64,000 bases of DNA from contig JAHWHY010000004.1 of the NCBI GenBank assembly GCA_019323015.1, forward strand, positions 10,907 to 74,906, in the 5' to 3' direction. The position numbers were made by a program, and so were the translations under genes. The notes beneath the pieces were generated by a model that was not told the origin of the DNA, did not search any database, and saw only the letters and a program-made list of their open reading frames with translations. Origin of the DNA: Candidatus Woesearchaeota archaeon. Its GTDB lineage: Archaea; Nanobdellota; Nanobdellia; Woesearchaeales; ARS49. Below are positions 45,088 through 54,438 of the stretch, one piece after another (within the stretch, counting starts at the first letter, position 1; each line of letters begins with the position of its first letter).

Positions 45088-45199
45088 TTTTGTTACCTCT
45101 GTGTTTCAACTTTGTCGCTGAAATCACTATGAACCACTAGAAAGTGACAGTTCTATAATAAAATATCCCAAAAATAATGGTTTTTTATGCCATATTTAA

Positions 45200-45220
45200 C
45201 CATTTTCTCTTAGAAAATGG
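45200..45220. promoter_or_regulatory. Inverted repeat CCATTTTCT-CTT-AGAAAATGG in the divergent intergenic region between operon B and the second Lrp gene
   Basis: 9-bp perfect arms read directly. AAAATAATGG and AAAATATCC motifs are also duplicated nearby. Confidence 0.35.
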
Positions 45221-45294
45221 AATATTTTTTCACTGATAAATGTCTTTCCGAAAATATCCATTACTAAGAAAATAATAGTAATATTTAAATACTA

Positions 45295-45762
45295 ATGAGA
45301 TATTATTCCAAAATAATGGATTTAGATGAAAAAGACTTACGGGTTCTGGATGAACTCAAGGCAAATGCAAAACGCACAACAAGCCAGATATCCAAGAGAA
45401 CAGGGCTTCCAATCACAACTGTTCACAACAGAATAAAGAAGCTTGAGAAGCTAGGAATAATCAAGAGATACACAGTAGAACTGGACTACAAAAAATTAGA
45501 GAAGCCAGTGGCAGCATATGTGATGGTTCAGGTAATCTACATGCTGCCAAGCGGAATAAAAGTGATGCAAGAGGATGTTGCCAAACACATCAAAGGACTT
45601 CCTGGAGTAGAGCTAGTCGAGCTATTGACAGGAGGAACAGACATACTGGTCAAAGTGCGTGTAAAAGATGTTGATGAACTAAATGACTTCATAATCAGAA
45701 AATTACGAAAGATAGAAGGAGTGGACAAGACACAGACAATGGTTGTCTTGTCAAAGATATGA
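45295..45762 (+). CDS. Lrp/AsnC family transcriptional regulator (the probable start is MDLDEKDL at 45316)
   Basis: LDEKDLRVLDELKANAKRTTSQISKRTGLPITTVHNRIKKLEKLGII wHTH plus a RAM domain. Confidence 0.85.
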   Translation: MRYYSKIMDLDEKDLRVLDELKANAKRTTSQISKRTGLPITTVHNRIKKLEKLGIIKRYTVELDYKKLEKPVAAYVMVQVIYMLPSGIKVMQEDVAKHIKGLPGVELVELLTGGTDILVKVRVKDVDELNDFIIRKLRKIEGVDKTQTMVVLSKI

Positions 45763-45805
45763 CTCTGCTTTTGTGAGGGAAAAAGAGGCAAAAGTACAGC
45801 AAGAA

Positions 45806-45867
45806 GGGATTGTATCTGCCTGTCGGCTATCTTTACAAAACGTGTTTAGGCAGATACAATACATCCC
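45806..45867. repeat. Long hairpin (13-bp perfect stem ATTGTATCTGCCT/AGGCAGATACAAT extended by GGG/CCC, 26-nt loop)
   Basis: Read directly from the sequence. Lies between the Lrp stop and the 45909 gene. Confidence 0.5.
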
Positions 45868-45908
45868 TTTCAAAACATTAAAATACTTGAAAAACAGGCA
45901 AATAAAAC

Positions 45909-46451
45909 ATGGCACAAGTTGACTTTTCTAAACTAAAGAAACTGCCTCCTGAGATGAGGATTAAAGCACTGCAGAAACTAGAGCAAGAAATAAACAAGCT
46001 GATAACTGTGCGCCAAAAAGAGATAGAAGAGGCAAAGGCACTGCTTGCACAAGCAAAACATGAGCAGGAATTAATAGAGGAAATAGAGACACCAAAAGTA
46101 AAAGAAGTAGAGGTGCAGAAACTCTTTGAAAGAAAAGAAGCGCCTTCAATAGAGAAAAAAGCAGAGCTGGAAAGGCTTGCAGAAGAAGCACCAGGAGCGC
46201 CGCCTTCAGAACAAGCAGATTATGCAAGATTCATGGCGCAAGAGATGTCAGTAGATCAGATACATCATAAATTATATGAAATAAGAAGCGAGCAATCAGA
46301 GACTGGAGTCGAGAAATGGTATCAAAGAAATTTTGTAGATGCAGCTGCACAAGCACTTGAACTAAAGAAAGAGCACGGCAATTATGTTTCTGGCTCTAAA
46401 AAAGAGGCAACACTGACTGCTGCAGAGCGGCTAGTTAACTATTTAAAATAA
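45909..46451 (+). CDS. Coiled-coil hypothetical protein (180 aa)
   Basis: E/K/Q/A-rich with heptad-like composition. No catalytic motif. Confidence 0.5.
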   Translation: MAQVDFSKLKKLPPEMRIKALQKLEQEINKLITVRQKEIEEAKALLAQAKHEQELIEEIETPKVKEVEVQKLFERKEAPSIEKKAELERLAEEAPGAPPSEQADYARFMAQEMSVDQIHHKLYEIRSEQSETGVEKWYQRNFVDAAAQALELKKEHGNYVSGSKKEATLTAAERLVNYLK

Positions 46452-46487
46452 TAAGCTTTAAATAGACTGAGACATTTTTATCATACT

Positions 46488-48359
46488 ATGGCAGAATGGA
46501 GAACACAACCATATAATCCGATGGATCGGCAGTATCATGAAACAATTGAGATAGAGCCAGCCAGGTCTCATGCTAACATTGAAGAACCAATAATACCTAT
46601 TTCTGAATTAGGGCAGACCATACCAGAAAGAGACCCTGCAGGAAGATTCAAGAACATTATCCAGACAGCACAGGCAGCAATAAGGAGAGGGGCAGGAAAA
46701 ATGCAGTTAATGTTGATGACACCCCCAGAATCTGCTGTAGGAGGAAGACCAAAAGCATACGGCAAAGAAGTAAGAGAAGTGTTAAAAGATGTCTTTAAAG
46801 CAAACGAGGCAATGCTCTCAGGAGTAGAGATGCCTTCAGCAATGAACAACCTCTCAGGATATGACCCTCAAAGAGGAACATTTGACGATGAAAAAATGAA
46901 AAGAGACATGGATGAGGTAAAAGACGCAATAAAATTCGCAGCAGATGTAGGACAAGGAGGAGGAGTAGACATTGTATCCTGGGAATACGCAAGGCCATTA
47001 TTCAACGCAGACTGGAACCAGGACAAAAAAGGCCAGCCAATATTTGAAGACACAGGAGAACCAATAGTGCAGGTAGTAGACGAAAGAACAGGAAGAATAC
47101 AAGGAATGAGAATAAATGAAATAGAAAAAGTGCCTGTAGCGCTGGACAAGGAAACAGGAGAGCCATACAAGTATAATCCAGACATTGGCCAGTTTGTGGA
47201 TTACAAAGGAGAACCTGCGGAAATAAAACCTTGGAAATGGGAAGACTATCAAAAATGGGCTAAGGTAAAAGGAACATCACCAGAACAATTATTCATGGAA
47301 GAGCAATTGAACACACAAATATACCAGGCAAGAGGCTGGGCAGCAACATACAGGGAACATGTAGAACACACGCGGGAAAAACTTGAAATAGCTAAAGCGA
47401 AGCTTGCAAAAGCAAAGACAGAAGACGAGAGACAAAGTGCACAAGCAAAAATTGATGATTTAAACATAAAGTATGATCAAGAAGTGGATACAATAAAATC
47501 CTATGAACAGCAGGCAGCTGAAAATGAGAAAAAAAAAGACGCACTAACACCATTAGGAAAATATGCAATGGAGAGAACAACAGACTCATATGCAAAACTA
47601 GGAATAGCTGCTCGACAAGAGACAATTTACAATAAAAATGCAAAAAGGCCTGTATCTGTCGGGCCAGAATTAGGGTGGCCGCACGCATTTGGCTCGCATC
47701 CAAAAGAATTCAAGGAATTAATACACACTGCAAGAGACAGAATGGTCCATCTGCTGACGAACAAACAAATAGAAGACCCTAAAACAGGAGGAATGCGCGA
47801 TAATCCCTACTATGAACCTGGAATGAGCAGAAGTGCAGCAGAGGAAGCAGCAGTAACACACATCAAAGGCTGCCTTGACACATCACACTTAGGCATGTGG
47901 TTCCAGCACTTCAAGCCAGAACTTCCCTGGCATGAACGAGTTGAAAAATTCAACAAATGGTACATGGAAGAAGTAAAAGAGCTTGCAAAAGGAGATGAAG
48001 TAGGCTCAATACAATTAGTCAACAGCATGTCAGGAGCACACGGACACCTCCCTCCAGGACAAGGAATATTCCCAGTAGTAGAAGCTGCAAAAGAATTCAA
48101 GAAACAAGGATTCAAAGGATTCATGGTATCAGAAGGGCATGAAGAAGAAGCATTTAATGAAGGAAGAATCTTGGTTGAAACATGGCGAGCATTCAACGCA
48201 CCATTTGAATCACAATACGGTCCAGGAGCGCCTGCACGAGGCTGGGGCGACATAGAAGGAAGATACCTGGGTGATAAGCAATCACCTAGACAAATGTTCG
48301 GAAGCTATGTTCCTCCATTCGGGGAGTATAAGCCGTGGACAGAGATACCTTTAGAGTGA
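46488..48359 (+). CDS. Xylose-isomerase-like TIM-barrel (sugar phosphate isomerase/epimerase / AP-endonuclease-2 superfamily) protein with a large helical insertion
   Basis: AIKFAADVGQGGGVDIVSWEY, GCLDTSHLGMW, LVNSMSGAHGHLPPGQGIFP and FMVSEGHEEE resemble the conserved metal-ligand strands of that fold. A ~250-aa coiled-coil-like insert lies between them. Confidence 0.35.
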   Translation: MAEWRTQPYNPMDRQYHETIEIEPARSHANIEEPIIPISELGQTIPERDPAGRFKNIIQTAQAAIRRGAGKMQLMLMTPPESAVGGRPKAYGKEVREVLKDVFKANEAMLSGVEMPSAMNNLSGYDPQRGTFDDEKMKRDMDEVKDAIKFAADVGQGGGVDIVSWEYARPLFNADWNQDKKGQPIFEDTGEPIVQVVDERTGRIQGMRINEIEKVPVALDKETGEPYKYNPDIGQFVDYKGEPAEIKPWKWEDYQKWAKVKGTSPEQLFMEEQLNTQIYQARGWAATYREHVEHTREKLEIAKAKLAKAKTEDERQSAQAKIDDLNIKYDQEVDTIKSYEQQAAENEKKKDALTPLGKYAMERTTDSYAKLGIAARQETIYNKNAKRPVSVGPELGWPHAFGSHPKEFKELIHTARDRMVHLLTNKQIEDPKTGGMRDNPYYEPGMSRSAAEEAAVTHIKGCLDTSHLGMWFQHFKPELPWHERVEKFNKWYMEEVKELAKGDEVGSIQLVNSMSGAHGHLPPGQGIFPVVEAAKEFKKQGFKGFMVSEGHEEEAFNEGRILVETWRAFNAPFESQYGPGAPARGWGDIEGRYLGDKQSPRQMFGSYVPPFGEYKPWTEIPLE

Positions 48360-48388
48360 ATTTTATTTAATTAGAATTCTTATGGCAT

Positions 48389-48505
48389 AAAAATAATAAG
48401 AGAATCATTTCCAGGACAAGAAATCTTTGGGGTAAGGTATTTCCAATCAAATGGAAACAGGGGGATTTACTATGCCCTGCAAATGACCTCTGTGGTTTGT
48501 GCCAT
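48389..48505 (-). ncRNA. Candidate small non-coding RNA (~115 nt) between an orphan BRE/TATA motif and a T5 tract
   Basis: Promoter motif at 48529-48544 (minus strand). No ORF longer than 13 codons follows. Local hairpins CAGGG/CCCTG and TTTCCA/TGGAAA. Ends at ATTTTTA (48388-48394). No known RNA family recognised. Confidence 0.25.
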
Positions 48506-48528
48506 ATTCCCTATATAGGAATGCATCC

Positions 48529-48544
48529 TTTATAAAGCTTTCGG
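48529..48544 (-). promoter_or_regulatory. Copy of the BRE/TATA motif CCGAAAGCTTTATAAA with no protein gene downstream
   Basis: Exact 16-mer shared with 35773-35788. Confidence 0.4.
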
Positions 48545-48565
48545 TTATTCATCACTAGAAAGTAG

Positions 48566-49105
48566 TTAAATATTGGTAACAAGCCAGGCAGAAGCCTCAT
48601 ACATGAAATACCACTCAGCCTTGTTAAGAAGCTTGAAATTATCAATTCTTGCCTGCATATCCTCAGTAACATGCGTGAAGGCATCATACACCCCAAATGT
48701 GTTATGCAGTGCAGCAGAAGCAAGCTGTGCATCTGCACTCTTTAGCATATTATTCTCCTGGACAGTAAACTGATAAGTTGCTGAATGAGAACTGTCTGTA
48801 GTTGTTTCAGCAGCATCAGAGTGATACCAGTAATCCGTGCTCTCGCTCTCTGTAGAGGTATCATAAACCTGCACCTCAGGAGAATACTCTGTATTGGCAC
48901 TATGCCTTGCATAATCAAGCAATTGCTCGACTGTATCTGGAATCTCAGCAGGAATCACTTTAGCCTCTAAAGAATCAGAGCCAACAGGCCTCTGAACCAC
49001 TTCTTCAAGAGCCTGCTCAATCTCAATCCTGTAATCGTCGGAAATCCCCTCTTTCTTTTTGCTCATGACATAAAGAATTTTGAACTTCTTTTTATACTTT
49101 TCCAA
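48566..49105 (-). CDS. Hypothetical acidic protein (179 aa)
   Basis: ORF with coding-like composition. No recognisable motif. Confidence 0.5.
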   Translation of the reverse strand: MEKYKKKFKILYVMSKKKEGISDDYRIEIEQALEEVVQRPVGSDSLEAKVIPAEIPDTVEQLLDYARHSANTEYSPEVQVYDTSTESESTDYWYHSDAAETTTDSSHSATYQFTVQENNMLKSADAQLASAALHNTFGVYDAFTHVTEDMQARIDNFKLLNKAEWYFMYEASAWLVTNI

Positions 49106-49187
49106 ACTAAAAGATATAGTTTGAATATATGTAATTATTCACTAATAGTTATAAAACCTTTTATACCCTCTAATAAAAAGAGGATAT

Positions 49188-49994
49188 ATGGATTTTACTA
49201 TTGAGGAAAGAAAACACCCAAACACAAGAAATTACAATACAGCAGACTATAAACTGGCAGACAAATTCGCAAATGCAATGAAAAAAGAGCTGGGTGAATT
49301 CTTAAAATCATCAATATTATTCGGAAGTTCTGCAAGAAGAGAGAAGCCAATCTATGAAAGAGACATAGATGTCTTGATGCTTGTAGATGACTTGACATTA
49401 GTCTTAAGCCCTGAAGTTGTGGAAGCATACAGGGTGATAACAGAGAGAACAGCCTCAAAAGTCTCAAAAAGATTACACGTTACGACAATGAAGCTAACAA
49501 ACTTCTGGGAATATGTAAGGAACGGGGATCCGCTGGCAGTCAACATGCTAAGAGACGGAGTTCCATTACTTGACACAGGAATATTTGAGCCGCTTCAGAT
49601 GCTATTATTCCAAGGCAGAATACGGCCAACAAGAGAAAGCATGTACGTATATTATGCAAGAGCACCAGCAACACTAGTCAATGCAGACTGGCATGTGATG
49701 CAGGCTGTTTTAGATCTTTACTGGGCGGTTATTGACTCTGCACACGCAGCATTAATAAGGGTTGGAGAGATACCGCCAAGCCCAAGCCACATAGCAGACA
49801 TGATGCACGAAAAATTATACAACAAGAAATTAGTATCGAAAAAAGCAGTAAAAACAATGGAATTTTTCTACAGGCTAAGCCGAAAAATAACACACAGAGA
49901 AATCCAAAAAATAACTGGAAAAGAGTATGATTCCTACAAAGCAGATGCAGAAGCATTTGTTAAAGAGATGAAAAAAGTAGTTGAAGCAAGATAG
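49188..49994 (+). CDS. Nucleotidyltransferase-domain protein (MNT-like) with a helical C-terminal (HEPN-like) region
   Basis: ILFGSSARREKPIYERDIDVLMLVDD matches GS-x(n)-D-x-D of the Pol-beta-type NTase fold. Confidence 0.6.
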   Translation: MDFTIEERKHPNTRNYNTADYKLADKFANAMKKELGEFLKSSILFGSSARREKPIYERDIDVLMLVDDLTLVLSPEVVEAYRVITERTASKVSKRLHVTTMKLTNFWEYVRNGDPLAVNMLRDGVPLLDTGIFEPLQMLLFQGRIRPTRESMYVYYARAPATLVNADWHVMQAVLDLYWAVIDSAHAALIRVGEIPPSPSHIADMMHEKLYNKKLVSKKAVKTMEFFYRLSRKITHREIQKITGKEYDSYKADAEAFVKEMKKVVEAR

Positions 49995-50025
49995 TTTTTT
50001 AAAGAACTTAATTCTCTATAATTAT

Positions 50026-50580
50026 ATGGCGTTTGAGCTGGACAAAAAGAACATTCTTGGAAAGATAGACAAGTCACAAAAAGGAGAGATAGATAAAGAT
50101 ATCCAAGAATTAGTAGACTTAATCAATTCTAAAGAAGAATATTACACCACAAGCTCCTGTTCAGGCAGGATAGTTGTGATAGAAATACCAGAATCTGGCA
50201 GAAAAGACGAAGCAAAATGGCGATTGGTGAAACACGGGCTTGCTACAACTGAAGAAGTTAAAGAAGCAATTAAGTCTGAAGAAGATGTCTGGCTAAAAGA
50301 AGAAGGAATGATACTGCACGTGTGCTGCAAAAACATTGAAGCAGCTGAGAAATTGGTGAATACTGCCAAGAACGCAGGATTCAAGAGAACAGGAATGATA
50401 TCTGTGAACAAACGATATGTTGTTGAGGTTGTGAGCACAGAGAATATTTCTACAATTCTGTCAAAAAAAGGAAAGATACTTGCTGATGATACTTACCTTT
50501 CTGCGCTTGTTAAAGAATGCAATAAAAAACTAGAGCAAAACAAGAAAAAAATAGACAAGTTTATATATGCATTTTCTTGA
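50026..50580 (+). CDS. taw3: tRNA wyosine-derivative methyltransferase Taw3/TYW3
   Basis: YYTTSSCSGRIVV signature. The ATG at 50026 is preferred to the TTG at 49981. Confidence 0.75.
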   Translation: MAFELDKKNILGKIDKSQKGEIDKDIQELVDLINSKEEYYTTSSCSGRIVVIEIPESGRKDEAKWRLVKHGLATTEEVKEAIKSEEDVWLKEEGMILHVCCKNIEAAEKLVNTAKNAGFKRTGMISVNKRYVVEVVSTENISTILSKKGKILADDTYLSALVKECNKKLEQNKKKIDKFIYAFS

Positions 50581-50601
50581 TTAAATAAAAAAAGAGGCAA
50601 G

Positions 50602-51246
50602 ATGAATCATAGACTAATAGCATCACTTGTTTTACTAAAAACAATCATCCTGTTAATAATAGTTCTTAACAACACTTCAATAACAGGGGGTGCTGTGATA
50701 GGGGATGCAGAAGGATATGCAAACACGCCTTCTGACAAGGTCCAGGAATTCTTTGGAGTCCAGGGAATTATTTTTCCATCATATGACTGCGGAGAGATTG
50801 CGTCAGGACTTTACCTAAACATAGCAGACAAAGCAGCAGATGACATGGCAGGATTCATGACACAAGGAGCTAATCGAGCAGCAACAATCAACTTCATACT
50901 AGACAGAATAAGACTTGTAGGCACAATAGACATGGTAAAAGGAAACATAGTTGACGACCCTTTTACAGACAGCTTGATAAGCATAAACAGCGAAGCAGTT
51001 GTGAGAACACCTAAAGACACAAGAAAGACATTCTTTAACATGGACTTATACGGCGTAACAGACCAATTCTTTTATGTACAGCACGGCAGGTTTGCAACAC
51101 CATCACTAGACTGCGAGTTTGTAAACCAAGACGGAATGGCAATATGCGACTGCCAAGTCCACTCAATAAGAGACATTGCTGTCGCTGGAATACCAAACCC
51201 ACTGAGAGTAGAGCTTGAGAACCCGCCTCCTATTTTACAGAGTTAG
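50602..51246 (+). CDS. Secreted/membrane-anchored hypothetical protein (214 aa)
   Basis: N-terminal hydrophobic anchor followed by an ITGGAV motif, with four Cys in the C-terminal half. Confidence 0.55.
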   Translation: MNHRLIASLVLLKTIILLIIVLNNTSITGGAVIGDAEGYANTPSDKVQEFFGVQGIIFPSYDCGEIASGLYLNIADKAADDMAGFMTQGANRAATINFILDRIRLVGTIDMVKGNIVDDPFTDSLISINSEAVVRTPKDTRKTFFNMDLYGVTDQFFYVQHGRFATPSLDCEFVNQDGMAICDCQVHSIRDIAVAGIPNPLRVELENPPPILQS

Positions 51247-51348
51247 GTTAGTATCAGGCCAGTGATTACAGTGGTTATATAAATTATAAAAAGTTTTAAA
51301 TAGAATGAAGGCATTATATGTCTAATGGGAGTGATAGACGGAGTGAAG

Positions 51349-51462
51349 ATGCTAAAGCTGAAAAAAGACAAATGCTTTGGCGAAAAATACGAGAAATGCG
51401 AGCAGTGTGAAAACTGCTGGATAAAACCATCCTGTTTAGTCAGATTTAGGAATAAAAAATAA
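51349..51462 (+). CDS. Possible Cys-rich micro-protein (37 aa)
   Basis: My translation: MLKLKKDKCFGEKYEKCEQCENCWIKPSCLVRFRNKK. SD GGAGTGA lies upstream, and there is a ferredoxin-like CxxCxxCx5C pattern. Below the ORF-track cutoff. Confidence 0.3.
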   Translation: MLKLKKDKCFGEKYEKCEQCENCWIKPSCLVRFRNKK

Positions 51463-51498
51463 AAAAGTTTAAATACTAATTCATTTGGAGTTATTTTC

Positions 51499-53247
51499 AT
51501 GTTAAAAAGAGGGTTGAGCTTACTAATATTCTTAATTCTGTTATCCAGTGCTGTATGCGCTTGGTCTGATTTGAACACAACTCAAGTTTATGAAGGATCG
51601 GCACCTTCTATGGGGCTTTTAATCGACCCATCTAATTTAAATTTAACAATTACCGATGTTTTACTAAATACTACTAATGTAACAATAACAGATGCTTCTG
51701 CAAATGGCTGGCAAGCTAATTGGAGTTTATACCAAGCACATTGGTATGGTAATCAAATTCCGCCAAATATGTTTGGACAGGCTTTGTTTAAATTTATTAT
51801 CGCTGTGCCTTTAGTTAATGCAGACATTAATGTGACTTTTTTAGTTATGCGAGTTAATAATGATAGTAGTATAGAATTCGAAAATGAAACTATTACTTTC
51901 TTAAACGATTCAACTTCTCCAGTTCTAGCCAGTTTGAATCCTAGCAATGCGACACTGGCAAACTCAATGCAGACAATCACAGCAAATGTGCAAGAGAATG
52001 AATCACAACTACAAAATGTAACATATACTTATGGGGCCTGCAATGGAACAAATACTACTATTGTATTAACATGCAATGGAAGCATATGCACAGGCACAGC
52101 AGATTTCACAAACTGCAATGAAGGAAATACAACATGGTATGCTTTTGCTGCAGCAAATAATGTAGGCGGCGTAACAACAATATTGGGAAACATAACATTC
52201 CATGGCATACCACCAAATGTGACTGCAGTTACACCAACACCAGGAACAATGTACACTGCATCAGAAGCAATATACATCACAGCAGATGTGACAGATGATA
52301 CAAATGTAAGCAAGGTAAGGGCAGACGTGACTTATCCAAACAGCACAACAGTTCCATTACAGCTAAATCTTGCAACAGGAAACAAATACAGCAAGTTATT
52401 CAATGCACCGAATATAATGGGGCAATACAATGTAACAATAGTTGCAAATGACACTTCTGGAAACACAAACAATTCACAAAAAACAAACTTTAAGATAGTG
52501 CCAGACTACACATTCACAGTTGCTTTAAATCCATCAACAGTGCGGCCAGGAAGAACAGTTGTTATAAGCGGAACAGTAAAACTGGCAAATGGCTCAGACA
52601 TACCTGAAAACAAAACAGCAATAGACGTGCAAGGCACAGAAACAAATGTTACATTAACAAACGGCACATTCAGCCATACATTCAACGCTCCCCAGACCAT
52701 AGGAACATATAACATATATATAAAAGTATATGCAAACAGCGGATACAATTATTCATCAATGAAAAAACTAACAGTAAGAAATCCAGACACAGGATCCAGC
52801 GGAAGCGGCTGGGGATGGGACTTTGATGACTTTGAAGGAAGCGGAGGAGTATACATAGATGAAGACTCAGGAGTTACAGAAGCACCAGAAGAACCAGCAG
52901 AAACAACTGAAGACTCAGGGGTTACAGAAGCACCAGAACAGGAAGACGCAGGAATGATTGAAGAAGAGCCAACACCAGAAGAAGTAATAGATGAAATACT
53001 AAGCAAGCCAGGAAACCAGATAACAGGCTCTGCAGTAGGAATAGGAACAGGAACAACAGCACTCGCAATGATACTATTAGCACTTGGACTTGCAACACTG
53101 GCATACTCAAACGTAAGAATAAGAAATCACGTGCACAAGTTTGCAAAAGAAAAAGTAGGAAGCAAATTCAAGAAAAAAGCTCCAAAAGAAACAGGGTTTT
53201 CTGACCAAGAGTGGGAAGATTACTTCAAAAGACTGAGAGAAGATTAG
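51499..53247 (+). CDS. Secreted, sequon-dense (N-x-S/T) surface protein with a C-terminal TM anchor and cytoplasmic tail
   Basis: Signal peptide, dozens of N-x-T/S sequons, repeated SGVTEAPE acidic linker, and ITGSAVGIGTG plus a TM near the C-terminus. Confidence 0.65.
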   Translation: MLKRGLSLLIFLILLSSAVCAWSDLNTTQVYEGSAPSMGLLIDPSNLNLTITDVLLNTTNVTITDASANGWQANWSLYQAHWYGNQIPPNMFGQALFKFIIAVPLVNADINVTFLVMRVNNDSSIEFENETITFLNDSTSPVLASLNPSNATLANSMQTITANVQENESQLQNVTYTYGACNGTNTTIVLTCNGSICTGTADFTNCNEGNTTWYAFAAANNVGGVTTILGNITFHGIPPNVTAVTPTPGTMYTASEAIYITADVTDDTNVSKVRADVTYPNSTTVPLQLNLATGNKYSKLFNAPNIMGQYNVTIVANDTSGNTNNSQKTNFKIVPDYTFTVALNPSTVRPGRTVVISGTVKLANGSDIPENKTAIDVQGTETNVTLTNGTFSHTFNAPQTIGTYNIYIKVYANSGYNYSSMKKLTVRNPDTGSSGSGWGWDFDDFEGSGGVYIDEDSGVTEAPEEPAETTEDSGVTEAPEQEDAGMIEEEPTPEEVIDEILSKPGNQITGSAVGIGTGTTALAMILLALGLATLAYSNVRIRNHVHKFAKEKVGSKFKKKAPKETGFSDQEWEDYFKRLRED

Positions 53248-54425
53248 ATCTTCTCTGCCTTTAATGAAACAATCGAGTGATAGTTTCCAAGACTTGTTTT
53301 TGCAGGAACAAACAAGCTAAAATACAAGCTTAATTCTTCCCCAGGGTTCAATACAAACGTCTCATCTAAATCCCCAAAATTCTCATTATCAGAACTTATC
53401 TTCAAATTATCTGCACTAATCTTGCTATCATCGAAAACCAAATCATTTGCTTCTAAATAAAGATTCAAATCAACATTGCCTGTATTCTTGACAACTGCAT
53501 TAGTTTTTGCAACAGCTTCTTTGCCAGGCAGAGTAGAAAACTGAATCTTATTCGAAGTTACTGTGAAATCTAATAGCTCAAGATACTCAAAGAATAACTT
53601 ACTGCCTGCCACATTAATGGAGTAATTGCCTGGGCTTAAGTCATGCTCCAGTTCCACAAAACCCTCATAAGTATCATTATGAGTATTATTCAAGACAATA
53701 GTTTGGTTAAGGAAAGTTGCACTCACTTCATCAGAAGCAACTGCAACAATCCTAACCTTTCGCTTTCCGCCGCTCACAGGCCGAATCTGGGTTCCTTTTT
53801 TGCTAGAATCATCATCAACATCCAGCGTAACAGAAGAAACATTGCCAGTGGAATTCGTTACGTTAACCACAATCTTTATTGAATCAGGGTCTGAAAAATC
53901 AGGAACTGCCTCAACAAAATCAGCAGAGTTATTATTAGAATCCTTTTTTCTCAACAAGACCTTTCCTTCCTTGACATCAACAGCAGGCGAACCTTCAAAC
54001 AAGTTATTCTTTATTCCAGAAGCAGAGCCCCAGCCAACAGCATCAATAACTGTGCCATTAGAATCTTTTAAAGCAACACCGCTGTTATCATTATTCATGG
54101 TAATAGTTTCTGTATGGTCAGCATCACGCCAACCAGAATTCTTAGAATTATTCCAGCCAGTATCAGCAACAAGGTAATATCCCTTGGCCTTGATAATAGA
54201 ATTGGCAGGAATCACTGCATCCTTCGCAGAAGTCTCTGTAGCAATGATCCACCTGCCAATATCTATAGCTGAGGCAGAGGGGTTGTGCAGTTCAATGGCC
54301 TCAGAAGAAGTCTCACTTGTCTCAGGGTCATAAAAGACCTGATTGATGTAAACAGCTGATACAAAGTTTGGCAAAATTATCAGCATAAGCAAGATTGTTA
54401 ATATTGTTTTGTTCATATTATTCAC
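53244..54425 (-). CDS. Secreted lamin-tail-domain (LTD) protein
   Basis: Signal peptide followed by VYINQVFYDPETSETSSEAIELHNPSASAIDIGRWII, typical of LTD. Ig-like C-terminal region. Confidence 0.65.
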   Translation of the reverse strand: MNNMNKTILTILLMLIILPNFVSAVYINQVFYDPETSETSSEAIELHNPSASAIDIGRWIIATETSAKDAVIPANSIIKAKGYYLVADTGWNNSKNSGWRDADHTETITMNNDNSGVALKDSNGTVIDAVGWGSASGIKNNLFEGSPAVDVKEGKVLLRKKDSNNNSADFVEAVPDFSDPDSIKIVVNVTNSTGNVSSVTLDVDDDSSKKGTQIRPVSGGKRKVRIVAVASDEVSATFLNQTIVLNNTHNDTYEGFVELEHDLSPGNYSINVAGSKLFFEYLELLDFTVTSNKIQFSTLPGKEAVAKTNAVVKNTGNVDLNLYLEANDLVFDDSKISADNLKISSDNENFGDLDETFVLNPGEELSLYFSLFVPAKTSLGNYHSIVSLKAEKI

Positions 54426-54438
54426 CTCGTTTAGTGTG

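Noticed and set aside
51243-51578. 111-aa minus-strand ORF between the 50602 and 51499 genes.
   Set aside because: The translation is low-complexity (F/L/I/K-rich), it overlaps the start of the signal-peptide-bearing 51499 gene, and it has no SD.
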